Source: Gemmatimonadota bacterium
GTDB lineage: Bacteria > Gemmatimonadota > Gemmatimonadetes > Palauibacterales > Palauibacteraceae
Direction of reading: 5' to 3'
Assembly (NCBI GenBank): GCA_965116475.1
Contig: OZ220691.1
Span: 1,536,001 to 1,600,000 of the forward strand
Length of the DNA: 64,000 nucleotides
Part shown: one piece after another, positions 1 through 9,432 of the stretch
Layout: each line of letters begins with the position of its first letter
Position numbering within the stretch: position 1 is the first letter of the stretch
Translations under genes and position numbers: made by a program
Notes under the pieces: generated by a model
Database searches by the model: none
What the model saw: the letters and a program-made list of their open reading frames with translations, nothing else
Told to the model about the DNA's origin: nothing

Positions 1-921
1 GACCTCCACGCCCTGGTCGATCCGTACACGGGGCAGGTGCTGGCGAGGGGACCCGGCGGCCTCGAGCGGTTCTTCGAGACCGTTCACAACTGGCACCGCT
101 GGTTCAACGTCTCGGGCGGCTCGGTGCGCCGGGCGCGGGCGGTGACGGGAGCGTTCAACGTCGCCTTCCTCTTTCTGCTGCTCACCGGGCCGATCCTGTG
201 GTTCCCGCGGCCCGTCACCCGGCGGTCGCTCGCCAACGCGCTCCTGCTCCGGCCCCGGGCGAGAGGCGCGGCGCGCGACCTCGACTGGCACAAGGCGGTG
301 GGGATCTGGTCCGTCCTGCCGCTGGCCGTGATCGCCGCGACGGGGGTCGCCACCTCGTATCCGGCGGTGGGAGATCGGGTCTATCCCATGGTGGGGGACG
401 TGGTGCCCGCCGCGGCGTGGCCGGCCGGATCGGCGTCCGCGCGGCTGGAAAGCGAGGGGACGGGAACCGAGAGGGCGGACGTCGAGAACGCCGCGACCTC
501 AGGGGGCGCCGCCTCGGACCCTGATCTCAGGGCCGTACTCGCCACCGCTGAGGCGTGGGCGCCGGAGTGGCGGACGCTGATTCTGCACATGCCGCGCCCC
601 ACGGACCCCGAGGTCCGCGTCGAGGTGCGGGGGGGCCGCGCGGGCCAGCCGCACCGGGCCGGCCTGCTAACTCTGGACGCCGCCACCGGCAGGGTGCGCG
701 CGTGGGCGGCATTCGCCGACGACACGCCCACGCGGCGCGCGCAGCAGTTCCTGCGCTACGCGCACACGGGGGAGTACTGGGGGCTCGGGGGCCAATGGCT
801 GGCGGGACTCTTCTCGCTCGCGGCCGCGCTCATGGTGTGGACCGGCCTCTCGCTGGCGGTCCGCCGGCTCCGAACCTTCGTCAGGCTCCGCCGGGCGCCG
901 CCCACCAGCGGGACGGCCTGA
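1..921 (+). CDS. PepSY-associated TM helix domain membrane protein (5'-truncated by window edge)
   Basis: Frame is open from base 1 (DLHALVDPYTGQVL). Has HNWHRWF, DWHKAVGIW and YAHTGEYWG His-containing TM motifs typical of PepSY_TM proteins. Confidence 0.85.
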   Translation, partial: DLHALVDPYTGQVLARGPGGLERFFETVHNWHRWFNVSGGSVRRARAVTGAFNVAFLFLLLTGPILWFPRPVTRRSLANALLLRPRARGAARDLDWHKAVGIWSVLPLAVIAATGVATSYPAVGDRVYPMVGDVVPAAAWPAGSASARLESEGTGTERADVENAATSGGAASDPDLRAVLATAEAWAPEWRTLILHMPRPTDPEVRVEVRGGRAGQPHRAGLLTLDAATGRVRAWAAFADDTPTRRAQQFLRYAHTGEYWGLGGQWLAGLFSLAAALMVWTGLSLAVRRLRTFVRLRRAPPTSGTA

Positions 922-2035
922 GGCGCTCGCCGCGGCCGCTGACGCGGTCCAGCCACAGCGCGAACCGCCGCAGCCGCGTGCCCGCCAGCCCTCGCCACAC
1001 GCGACTCCATCGGTCGCGATAGTCGCGGTTGTAGGGGCAGACGCGGATGCAGATCGAGCAGTCGGTGTTCTGGTTGGCCCAGAAGCGGAAGCACTTCTCG
1101 GCATCCGTGGTCCACTTCCGGATGCCCTGGATGTTCGAGCGGTTGTGGACGAGGGTGGACGGTTCGCCGTCGGCGATGGCCCCCGCGGGGCAGCCCTTGG
1201 TGCACGCGCGGCAGAGGTCGCACGTCTCCTTCACGCCGAAGCGGACGGGCCGGTCGTGGGCGAGCGGCAGGTCGGTGAACACCTTGCCGAGCCGCACGCG
1301 GGGGCCGTACTCGCGGGTGATGAGGAGGCCGTGGCGGCCGTACTCGCCCAGCCCGGCCTTGATGGCGAGCGGGATGACCAGCGCCGAGTCGTTCATGCTG
1401 GCCACGGCGCGGTAGCCGAGGTTGACGATGTACTGCGCGATCGCGAGCAGCACGATCGTGTCGCGGGAATAGGTGGCGCCGGTCGCGGTGCCGCTGAGCG
1501 CGGAGGGCGCCGTGCTCAGGAGTTCCCGGTCCATGGACTGCGCGATCACGATCACGTTCCCGAGATCGGTGGAGATCTCCTGCGGCTTCTCGTGCTCCCG
1601 CTCGCGGCTGTAGGCGTGCGTGTACAGCCAGCGCTCGTCGTTGCCGGTGATCCCCACCAGGTCGGCGCCCAGCGTCTTCGCGGCGTGCTTGATCTCGCGC
1701 GCCATCTCCTCGGGAGACTCCACCGGCAGCGTGCTGCCCGGGCCCTCGCGGACGCTGGTGTACGGGTCCAGGAACCCCTCGCGGCGGTCGTCGCCGTCGC
1801 GCAGTTCCGCGAAGATGTCCGTCACGTGCCAGGACGCGTTGCGCAGCGCGTAGTCGCGCTGGGTGAAGCCGTCGACCGACCGCCAGGTCAGCTTCGGCGT
1901 GCGGTACGTCTCGTAGAACATGTCCGAGCGGTGCGTGCGCACCTCCGGGTCCCAGAAGGAGCGGCAGAAGATGTCGTTCCTCTGAGAGAAGCGTTGAAAG
2001 TCCTCCCGGACATCGAAGCCGGCTTCCCTGTCCAT
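881..2035 (-). CDS. Reductive dehalogenase-like (RdhA-fold) cobalamin / 2x[4Fe-4S] protein, no Tat signal
   Basis: AGLGEYGRHGLLITREYGPRVRL motif; CDLCRACTKGCP and C-x10-CSICIRVCPYN Fe-S motifs; lacks the QueG-type GRDYH motif; no RRxFxK leader. Confidence 0.8.
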   Translation of the reverse strand: MDREAGFDVREDFQRFSQRNDIFCRSFWDPEVRTHRSDMFYETYRTPKLTWRSVDGFTQRDYALRNASWHVTDIFAELRDGDDRREGFLDPYTSVREGPGSTLPVESPEEMAREIKHAAKTLGADLVGITGNDERWLYTHAYSREREHEKPQEISTDLGNVIVIAQSMDRELLSTAPSALSGTATGATYSRDTIVLLAIAQYIVNLGYRAVASMNDSALVIPLAIKAGLGEYGRHGLLITREYGPRVRLGKVFTDLPLAHDRPVRFGVKETCDLCRACTKGCPAGAIADGEPSTLVHNRSNIQGIRKWTTDAEKCFRFWANQNTDCSICIRVCPYNRDYRDRWSRVWRGLAGTRLRRFALWLDRVSGRGERLRPSRWWAAPGGA

Positions 2036-2036
2036 A

Positions 2037-3431
2037 TCAGAGATCCCTGCAGCCGAATTCGATGCCGGTCTTCACGGCATCGACCAGTTCGTCGATGTCC
2101 GCCCGGGTCACGATGAGGGGCGGGGCGATCGTCACGGTGTTGTTCAGGCCGGGGATGCTGCGGGTGGTCTTTCCGACCAGCACGCCCTCCGCGGCGGCCC
2201 TGCCCACCACGGCCGCCATCACATCCTCGCTCACGGGCGCCTTCGTCGCCTTGTCCTCCACCAGTTCTACGCCGGCGAACAGGCCCCTGCCGCGGACGTC
2301 GCCGACGTGGTCGTGGTCGAGCAGTTCCCACAGGCGGTCCTGCAGGTAGGCCCCGACCGCGCGGCTGTTCTCGATCAGGTCCTCGTCTTCGATGATGCGC
2401 AGGTTCTCGAGCGCGGCCGCGAACCCGACGGTACACCCGCCGTAGGTGCTGATGTCCCGGAAGTAGTCGAACTTCCCGCCCGGATCTCCCAGGAAGCGGT
2501 CGAACACCTCGCCGCGCACCGCCGCCGCGGAGATCGGCGCGTAGGAGCTGGCCATGCCCTTGGCCATCGTGACGATGTCCGGGACGAAGTCGTAGTGCTC
2601 GAACCCGAACATCGCCCCCGTGCGCCCGAACCCGCACACGACTTCGTCAATGATCAGTATGAGGCCATAGTTGTCGCAGATCTCGCGGATGATTGGAAAA
2701 TATTCATCCACAGGAGGAATGACGCCCCCGCCCGCGGTGATCGGCTCGAGGATCACGGCCCCGACCGTCTCCGGCCCCTCCTCCTCGATCGCGTCCCCGA
2801 GGGCGCGCGCACATTCGATGTTGCAGTCCGGATACGTCTTGTCGAAGGGACAGCGGTAGCACATCGCGTGCGGAATCCCCGAGAACCCGTCCGGGAACGG
2901 CCCGTAGGCCGCCTTGCGCTCCTCCTGGCCGCTGGCGGCGAGGCAGGCGATGGTCGTGCCGTGATAGTCGCGGTCGCGGTACAGGACCTTCGACTTCCGG
3001 CTTCCGTTCAGGTGGGCGATCTGGCGCACCATCTTGATGGCCTTCTCGTTCGCCTCGGAACCGCTGTTGGCGAAGTAGAGGTGGTCCAGGCCGTGCAGCC
3101 AGCCGGCCAGCGCGCTCGCGTACTGGGCGGCCGGGACGGTGCCGACGACGCCCGCGTAGTACGGCAGCCGCGCCAACTGCTCGTAGACGACCCGCGCGAT
3201 GCTCTCCCGCCCGTGGCCGACGTTCACGCACCACACGCCGCCCGAGGTCCCGTCCAGGTACTCCTTGCCGTGGATGTCCCGCACGCGCGCGCCGCGGCCC
3301 TCCACGAACACCTGCGGATCCTGCGTCTCGAAGACGCTGTGCTGAAACAGGTGGTGCCAGAGGTGCTTCCGGTCCTTCTCGATGACGTCCTGGACGTCGT
3401 AGTCCGCCAGCAACGCCTGTGTGTCGGACAT
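2037..3431 (-). CDS. tpa: Class III PLP aminotransferase, probable taurine:pyruvate aminotransferase
   Basis: SGSEANE, IIDEVVCGFGRTG, PLP lysine in TMAKG, FRDISTYGGC signature; directly downstream of xsc. Confidence 0.82.
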   Translation of the reverse strand: MSDTQALLADYDVQDVIEKDRKHLWHHLFQHSVFETQDPQVFVEGRGARVRDIHGKEYLDGTSGGVWCVNVGHGRESIARVVYEQLARLPYYAGVVGTVPAAQYASALAGWLHGLDHLYFANSGSEANEKAIKMVRQIAHLNGSRKSKVLYRDRDYHGTTIACLAASGQEERKAAYGPFPDGFSGIPHAMCYRCPFDKTYPDCNIECARALGDAIEEEGPETVGAVILEPITAGGGVIPPVDEYFPIIREICDNYGLILIIDEVVCGFGRTGAMFGFEHYDFVPDIVTMAKGMASSYAPISAAAVRGEVFDRFLGDPGGKFDYFRDISTYGGCTVGFAAALENLRIIEDEDLIENSRAVGAYLQDRLWELLDHDHVGDVRGRGLFAGVELVEDKATKAPVSEDVMAAVVGRAAAEGVLVGKTTRSIPGLNNTVTIAPPLIVTRADIDELVDAVKTGIEFGCRDL

Positions 3432-3461
3432 TCCGGCCCTCCTTGGCAGCCCGCCGCGGCC

Positions 3462-3500
3462 GGCTAGCTCAGCCGGCTAACTCGGCCGGCTAGCTCAGGC
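3462..3500. repeat. 13-bp tandem repeat x3 at the xsc/tpa junction
   Basis: cggctagctcagc / cggctaactcggc / cggctagctcagg. Confidence 0.75.
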
Positions 3501-5262
3501 TGAGGTGCGCGTATTTCTCCAGGTGACGGGTGGGCATCGCGAGCGCGTCGCGGCGGAACGGTTCCGCGAGCACGTTGGCGCCTCCCTCGACGACCGCGTT
3601 GATGACGCACGGCCGGCCGCTCGCCACGGCGTCGCGCACCACGTCCTGCACATCGCGGTAGTCCTCGACCTTGTAGCCCCGGGCCCCCATCGACTCGGCC
3701 ACCTTCGCGAAATCCGGGTTGGCGCTCAGGTCGGTGCCCACGAAGCGATGGTCGTAGAAGTCGATCTGGTTCTTCTTCTCGGCACCCCATTCGTGGTTGT
3801 TGATGACGACGGCGATGACCGGGATCTCCTCGCGCACCGCCGTCATCACCTCGCTCATCCCGCTGATTCCCCACGCGCCATCCCCCTGGATGGCGAACAC
3901 GGGAGCGGCCGGATTGCCGATTTTGGCGCCCAGCGCGGCGCCGTACGCGAAGCCGCAGTTCCCCCACGTGAGCGCGGCGAGGTGCTGCCGCGGGCCGTTG
4001 AAGCGGAGGTATCCGTTGGTGATCGAGCAGGTGTTGCCGATGTCCGTGGTCACGAGCGCGTCCTCGGGCAGGGCGCGCGTGAACTCCCACAGGAAGCGCC
4101 GGGGATGCATGAGGGCATCGGTGGACGAAGACCAGTCCTCGAGTTCCTCGTCCCAGGCCCGCTTCTCGCGGGCGACGTCGGCGATGCGAGCCTCGGCGAT
4201 GCGCGCTTCGGCGGTCCGCGCCTCGTCCCGCCCCGGATCCGGCCGCGCCTGCCTCAACTCGCCGAGCAATTCGACGGCGTACTCCTTCACGTCCGCGACG
4301 GAGAAGAGCGCCGGGATCCTGCTCATGCCCCACTGCCGGGCGTCCCGGTCCACCTGGATGAGCGTGGCGTCCTCGGGCCAGTAGGTCATGTCGTACTGGG
4401 GCAGCAGGCCGAAGATCCCGAGCCGGGTCCCGAGCGCCAGCACCACGTCGGCCTTGGCGATGGTGCGCATGGCGGCCTTCGACCCGCAGTAGCCGATCGG
4501 CCCGCACCCCAGTTCGTGGCTGTAGGGGAAGGTGTCGTTGTGCAGGTAGGTGTTGACCACCGGGGCGCTCAGATGCTCGGCGAGCGCCGTGACCTCCCGC
4601 AGGGCGTCTCCCTGGCTCACACCCCCTCCGGAGACGATGACCGGATAGCGGGCGCCGTTCAGGATGCGGACCGCTTCCTCGATGTCCCGCCGGGGCGGGC
4701 GGCCGGGGCCGAGGACGGGGGTCGTGAAGATCTCCTCCTCGACGTCTCCGTAGAAGTAGTCCCGGGGGATGTTGAGGTGCGTGGGGCCGAGTTCGAGCTT
4801 GGCGCGGTAGAAGCAGCGCCTGGCCAGTTCGCCCATGCGCTCGGGACGGTTGACGCGCACCTGGAAGACGGTCTGCGCCTCGAACATCGGCATCTGGTCC
4901 AGCTCCTGGAAGCCGCCGGTGCCGATGCCGAGCGATCCCGTTTCCGGGGTGATGGCGACGACGGGCGAGTGCGCCCAGAAGGCGGCCGCGATCGCGGAGA
5001 CGAAGTTGGCCGCGCCGGGGCCGTTCTGCGCGATGCAGGCCTGGGGCCGTCCCGTGACCCGCGCCAGCCCGTCGGCGGCGTGCGCGGCCGCCTGCTCGTG
5101 CGCCACCGAGATGAAGCGGATGCCCGCATCGGGGAACAGGTCCAGCGCGTCCATGAACGCCGACCCCACCAGCCCGAACACCTCCGTCACGCCCTCCGCC
5201 ACCAGCGTCTCCACCAGCGCTTCGGAAGGCGTCATCGTCCTCTTCGGCGTCCTCTTCGGCAC
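3490..5262 (-). CDS. xsc: Sulfoacetaldehyde acetyltransferase (ThDP-dependent)
   Basis: MTPSEALVETLVAEGV, GSAFMDALDLFP, QNGPG, GDGAWG ThDP motif, WGAEKKNQIDFY and EPFRRDAL signatures. GTG start at 5262 follows GGAGG; alternative ATG at 5235. Confidence 0.93.
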   Translation of the reverse strand: MPKRTPKRTMTPSEALVETLVAEGVTEVFGLVGSAFMDALDLFPDAGIRFISVAHEQAAAHAADGLARVTGRPQACIAQNGPGAANFVSAIAAAFWAHSPVVAITPETGSLGIGTGGFQELDQMPMFEAQTVFQVRVNRPERMGELARRCFYRAKLELGPTHLNIPRDYFYGDVEEEIFTTPVLGPGRPPRRDIEEAVRILNGARYPVIVSGGGVSQGDALREVTALAEHLSAPVVNTYLHNDTFPYSHELGCGPIGYCGSKAAMRTIAKADVVLALGTRLGIFGLLPQYDMTYWPEDATLIQVDRDARQWGMSRIPALFSVADVKEYAVELLGELRQARPDPGRDEARTAEARIAEARIADVAREKRAWDEELEDWSSSTDALMHPRRFLWEFTRALPEDALVTTDIGNTCSITNGYLRFNGPRQHLAALTWGNCGFAYGAALGAKIGNPAAPVFAIQGDGAWGISGMSEVMTAVREEIPVIAVVINNHEWGAEKKNQIDFYDHRFVGTDLSANPDFAKVAESMGARGYKVEDYRDVQDVVRDAVASGRPCVINAVVEGGANVLAEPFRRDALAMPTRHLEKYAHLSLS

Positions 5263-5343
5263 GTCCCGCCTCCAGTCTCGTTTCGGCGCTCGCTGCCCCC
5301 GCCGCGGGCGCATGCCACGCGGAAAACGTAGTATAGGCCATCC

Positions 5344-6777
5344 ATGGGTGTCGACGAACTCGTCAACAGGGTCATGCGGCCGGTCGCGGACGCGGTGTCG
5401 GAGTTCATCTTCTTCTCCGTGCCGGTCGGCGGGACCGAGATTCCGCTCATCGTGGCGTGGCTCATCGCCGGGGGCGTCTTCTTCACCCTCTACCTCGGCT
5501 TCATCAACGTGCGGGGCTTCCGGCACGCGCTCGACCTGGTGCGGGGCCGCTATACGGATCCGTCGCAGCCGGGCGAGGTGACGCCCTTCCAGGCGCTCGC
5601 AACCGCCGTCTCGGGGACGGTCGGGATCGGGAACATCGCGGGCGTGGCCGTGGCGATCTCGCTGGGCGGGCCGGGGGCCACCCTGTGGCTGATCATCGCC
5701 GGGCTGCTCGGCATGAGCACGAAGTTCGCCGAGTGTACGCTGGCGGTGAAGTACCGCCGCGCCAACCCGGACGGCTCCGTCAGCGGCGGCCCGATGTACT
5801 ACCTGCAGCACGGCCTGGAGTTGCGGAACCTGCCCCGGGTCGGCCGCGGCCTGGGGATGTTCTACGCCGCCGCCATGGTCGTCGGCTGTCTCGGCATCGG
5901 CAACATGTTCCAGTCCAACCAGGCCGCCGCCATCCTGATCGAGGTGACGGGCGCCGAGGGCAGCTTCTTCCGCGACAAGGCCTGGCTGCTGGGCGTCCTC
6001 ATGGCCGGCGCGGTGGCGCTGGTCACCGTGGGCGGGATCCGGAGCATCGCCCGCGTCACCTCCCGCCTGGTGCCCTTCATGGCGGTGCTCTACGTGCTGT
6101 CGGCGCTGGCGATTATCGGGCTCAACGCCGACCGGCTGCCCGGCGCCATCGTCCAGATCTGGGAAGGGGCGTTCTCGGCGGACAGCATCGGCGGCGGCAT
6201 GATCGGCGTGATGGTCATCGGGTTCCGGCGGGCCGTGTTCTCGAACGAGGCCGGCCTCGGGTCCGCCGCCATTGCGCACTCGGCGGTGCAGACGGACGAG
6301 GCTTCGACCGAGGGCTTCGTCGGCCTGCTGGAGCCGTTCATCGACACGGTGGTCATCTGCACGATGACCGCGCTGGTCATCATCACGACCGTCTACGACC
6401 CGTCGCTGGCCGACACCGGCATCACCGGCATCGAGATGACCAAGACCGCGTTCGAGAGCACCCTCTCCTGGTCGCCCGTGCCTCTTTCGGTCGCGGCGGT
6501 GCTGTTCGCCTTCTCCACCATGATTTCGTGGAGCTACTACGGCCTGAAGTCGCTCACCTACCTGACGGGCGAGAACCGCTCGGTGGAAGCCGGCTTCAAG
6601 CTGTTCTTCTGCGGGTTCGTGGTCCTGGGCGCCAGTCTGCAACTGGGCGCGCTGATCGATCTCTCGGACGCCGTGATCTACGTGGTCGCGATCCCCAACC
6701 TGCTCGGCCTCTACCTGCTGGCCCCGGTCCTGAAGCGCGAGATGCGCTCCTACCGCGAGCGCCTGGGCCGCTACTGA
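5344..6777 (+). CDS. Alanine/glycine:cation symporter (AGCS) family amino-acid transporter
   Basis: GTVGIGNIAGVA, GGPGA, GGPMYY and FSNEAGLGSAAIAH motifs; divergent from xsc. Confidence 0.92.
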   Translation: MGVDELVNRVMRPVADAVSEFIFFSVPVGGTEIPLIVAWLIAGGVFFTLYLGFINVRGFRHALDLVRGRYTDPSQPGEVTPFQALATAVSGTVGIGNIAGVAVAISLGGPGATLWLIIAGLLGMSTKFAECTLAVKYRRANPDGSVSGGPMYYLQHGLELRNLPRVGRGLGMFYAAAMVVGCLGIGNMFQSNQAAAILIEVTGAEGSFFRDKAWLLGVLMAGAVALVTVGGIRSIARVTSRLVPFMAVLYVLSALAIIGLNADRLPGAIVQIWEGAFSADSIGGGMIGVMVIGFRRAVFSNEAGLGSAAIAHSAVQTDEASTEGFVGLLEPFIDTVVICTMTALVIITTVYDPSLADTGITGIEMTKTAFESTLSWSPVPLSVAAVLFAFSTMISWSYYGLKSLTYLTGENRSVEAGFKLFFCGFVVLGASLQLGALIDLSDAVIYVVAIPNLLGLYLLAPVLKREMRSYRERLGRY

Positions 6778-6788
6778 TTCGCTGACAA

Positions 6789-6823
6789 CGGAATTCGTCG
6801 GACTGGAAGGGGCGGTGTCATGA
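6789..6823 (+). repeat. Remnant copy of the ABC ATPase 3' end (matches 8520-8554)
   Basis: cggaattcgtcggactggaaggggcggtgtcatga vs cggagttcgtcggactggaaggggcggtgtcatga; 34/35 identical by eye. Confidence 0.9.
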
Positions 6824-7674
6824 ACGGGACCATGAGCGGTGTCACGAGTATCGCCAAGGCCTCCATGCTGAACGCGTTGCGCCGCAGGTGGAAGCTCGCG
6901 CTGGTCGTGTTCATGCTCGGCGCCGGCCTGGTCATCTTCACGTACGCCTACGACATGACGGCCCTGGACTACGTGGTGATCAGCGGGACGCCGCCCGACT
7001 GGGAAGGCGGCGAGCCGTCCCCGGAGCAGGTCGAAGCCATGGCGAGCCGAGCGCTCATGTTCGTCCTCTTCGTTCTGTTGATGAGCGCCTTCGCCTTCGG
7101 CACGATGCTCTTCGCCTTCCTGATGCCGGGCGGGATGGTCGCGAACGAGCAACGGAGCGGCGCGATCATGCTGTGGGCCCAGCATCCGATGCCGCTGCGT
7201 TCCTTCTACCTGCGGCGATATGCCGGCGTACAGGTCGCCACCGTCGTCGCTCTCGCGATCTTCGGTCTGACCTGGGAGGTCGCGGCCTTACCCCCCGGGA
7301 CCGAGTCTGCTCCGGGAGTGGTGAGCCTGTGCCTCACCGGTGTGCTCGCGTGCGCGATCAGCTTCGCGATCACCGCGCTGGGCATCCACCGCGCCGCGCT
7401 CTTCGGGATTCTGTACTTCATGCTCTCGGGGACTCTGGCGGGGGTGGAGGTGACGAGGAATTCAGGGACCTGGTCGGCGGCGGAGTCGGTCGGGGCCGTA
7501 CTGCCGTTCCTCATCTTTCCCAGTGGAGTCATCGAAGATCTCGTCGCGGGGTTCGGATCCGGCGTGGCGTGGGACTGGAGGGCGACGGGACTGGTCCTCT
7601 ATCACCTCGCGCTGTGGACCGGGATCGCGTGGCTCGGGCTGCTCAGGATCGAGAAGAGGCCGCTGAAGCTGTAA
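6820..7674 (+). CDS. ABC-2-type exporter permease, copy 1
   Basis: About 6 TM segments; GGMVANEQRSGAIMLWAQHPM motif; paralog of 8551-9429, which is coupled to an ABC ATPase. Confidence 0.75.
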   Translation: MNGTMSGVTSIAKASMLNALRRRWKLALVVFMLGAGLVIFTYAYDMTALDYVVISGTPPDWEGGEPSPEQVEAMASRALMFVLFVLLMSAFAFGTMLFAFLMPGGMVANEQRSGAIMLWAQHPMPLRSFYLRRYAGVQVATVVALAIFGLTWEVAALPPGTESAPGVVSLCLTGVLACAISFAITALGIHRAALFGILYFMLSGTLAGVEVTRNSGTWSAAESVGAVLPFLIFPSGVIEDLVAGFGSGVAWDWRATGLVLYHLALWTGIAWLGLLRIEKRPLKL

Positions 7675-7688
7675 CGCCCGGTCCTCCC

Positions 7689-7746
7689 CTGGCCCCGGCC
7701 CTGAAGCGGGAGATGCACCCCTGTCGGGAGCGGCTCAGCCGCTACT
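7689..7746 (+). pseudogene. Diverged remnant of the AGCS symporter 3' end (matches 6718-6775)
   Basis: Reads LAPALKREMHPCRERLSRY vs LAPVLKREMRSYRERLGRY; 48/58 nt identical by eye. Confidence 0.85.
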
Positions 7747-7825
7747 ATGTCGCCGAAAAACGCGAGAAGAGTGAAATTGACTGGCCTCAGCGGACTCTGC
7801 GTGAGGTAGACGGAATGAGGAGAAC

Positions 7826-8554
7826 ATGACGAGAGAGAGCGGACCGGCGGAGTTGAGGCTTCGCGAGTTGGGGGTGGGGTATCGGCGGGGGCGGGCGGTG
7901 CTGGGCGGGCTGTCGCTCGACATCGTGCCGGGCGAGGTGCTCGCGGTGGTGGGGCCGAACGGGTCGGGCAAGACGACCCTCTTCCGCACGCTGCTGGGGG
8001 TGCTGGCTCCGATCGAGGGCGAAGCCACGGTGTCCGGCGCGGGGCCAGCGGACTACCGGCGCCGGAACGGGATCGGGTACCTGGCCGAAGACACGGTGCT
8101 CCCGCCGGGGTGGACCTGCGACGGCCTGCTCGCGCTGGCGGCGGCCGCGGCCGGTGCCAACGCCGCGGCCGATGCCGATGTCGAGCGCGCCTGCCGGCTG
8201 GCCGGGGTGGACTACGACACCGACGGTCCCGCCGACGCGCTGTCCAAGGGGATGCGGCGCCGGCTGGCGCTCGCCATGGCCCTGATGCGGCCGACCGGGT
8301 TGCTCTTCCTGGACGAGCCCGAATCGGGACTGGACCCCGGGCAGCGCATCCGCCTCCGCCGGCGCATCGAGGAGATTCGCGGCCAGTCCACGATCCTCGT
8401 CGCCAGCCACGACCTCGGCGAACTGGCGCTGATGAGCGACCGCGTGCTCCTGATCGACCGGAAACGCGGGCGCATCGTGCAGCCACCGGAAGGCGGGTTC
8501 ACGCGCGAGTTCCTGGAGGCGGAGTTCGTCGGACTGGAAGGGGCGGTGTCATGA
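7826..8554 (+). CDS. ABC transporter ATP-binding protein (exporter type)
   Basis: Walker A GPNGSGKT, signature LSKGM, Walker B LFLDEP, SH switch. Confidence 0.93.
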   Translation: MTRESGPAELRLRELGVGYRRGRAVLGGLSLDIVPGEVLAVVGPNGSGKTTLFRTLLGVLAPIEGEATVSGAGPADYRRRNGIGYLAEDTVLPPGWTCDGLLALAAAAAGANAAADADVERACRLAGVDYDTDGPADALSKGMRRRLALAMALMRPTGLLFLDEPESGLDPGQRIRLRRRIEEIRGQSTILVASHDLGELALMSDRVLLIDRKRGRIVQPPEGGFTREFLEAEFVGLEGAVS

Positions 8555-9429
8555 ACGGTGCCATGAGCGGTGCCCTGAGCGGTGTCACGGGTATCGCCAA
8601 GGCCTCCATGCTGCACGCGTTGCGCCGCAGGTGGAAGTTCGCGCTGGTCGTGTTCGTGCTGGGCGCCGGCTTCGTCATCTTCACGCACGCCTACGATCTC
8701 GCGGAGACCCTGGAGCGCATGCAGGCCGTGGGGCAGGAAATGGAAGGCGGCGCCGGCGAGCCGTCCCCCGAACAGATCGAAGCCATGGCGCGCGGGGCGG
8801 GCATGATGGCCCTCTTCGGCCTGTTGGCCGTCGCCTTCAACTTCTGCACGATGATCTTCGCCTTCCTGATGCCGGGCGGGATGGTCGCGAACGAGCGGCG
8901 CAGCGGCGCGATCATGCTGTGGGCGCAGCATCCGATGCCGCTGCGCTCCTTCTATCTGCGGCGATATGCCGGCATACAGATGGCGACGTTGGCCGCGCTC
9001 GCGATCTTCGGTCTGATGGGCGCCGTCGCGGTCCCGCCGCTCGAGATCGCGTCCACCACGAGACTCGGAGAAGTGGTGAGCGTCTGCCTAACGGGCGTGC
9101 TGGCGTGCGCGATCAGTTTCGGCATCACCGCCCTCGGCATCCGCCGCGCCGCGCTCATCGGGCTGCTCTACTACCTGGTCTCCGGGGCCGTCGGGTCGCT
9201 GCTCGTGAACCCCGGCCTGGAGACGTTTGCCGCGGTGGAGTCGGCCCAGGCGGTAGCACCCTTCCTCGTCTTCCCCGGTGGCGTCGTAAGCGATCTCGTT
9301 GCGGGGTTCGGGTCCGGCGTGGCCTGGGACTGGGGGGCGACGGGACTGATCCTCTATCACTTCGCCCTGTGGACCGGCATCGCGTGGCTCGGGCTCCTCA
9401 GGATCGAGAAGCGGCCGCTGAAGCTGTAG
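8551..9429 (+). CDS. ABC-2-type exporter permease, copy 2
   Basis: ATGA overlap with the ATPase stop; multi-TM; paralog of 6820-7674 with the same C-terminus RIEKRPLKL. Confidence 0.8.
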   Translation: MNGAMSGALSGVTGIAKASMLHALRRRWKFALVVFVLGAGFVIFTHAYDLAETLERMQAVGQEMEGGAGEPSPEQIEAMARGAGMMALFGLLAVAFNFCTMIFAFLMPGGMVANERRSGAIMLWAQHPMPLRSFYLRRYAGIQMATLAALAIFGLMGAVAVPPLEIASTTRLGEVVSVCLTGVLACAISFGITALGIRRAALIGLLYYLVSGAVGSLLVNPGLETFAAVESAQAVAPFLVFPGGVVSDLVAGFGSGVAWDWGATGLILYHFALWTGIAWLGLLRIEKRPLKL

Positions 9430-9432
9430 CGG

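Noticed and set aside
881..2035. Calling this gene queG or a respiratory RdhA
   Set aside because: It lacks the QueG motif, a Tat leader and an adjacent rdhB, so only the fold can be supported.
3490..7185. 1231-aa minus-strand ORF suggesting a giant Xsc fusion
   Set aside because: The N-terminal half is the antisense shadow of the AGCS and permease genes. Xsc similarity and an RBS begin at 5262.
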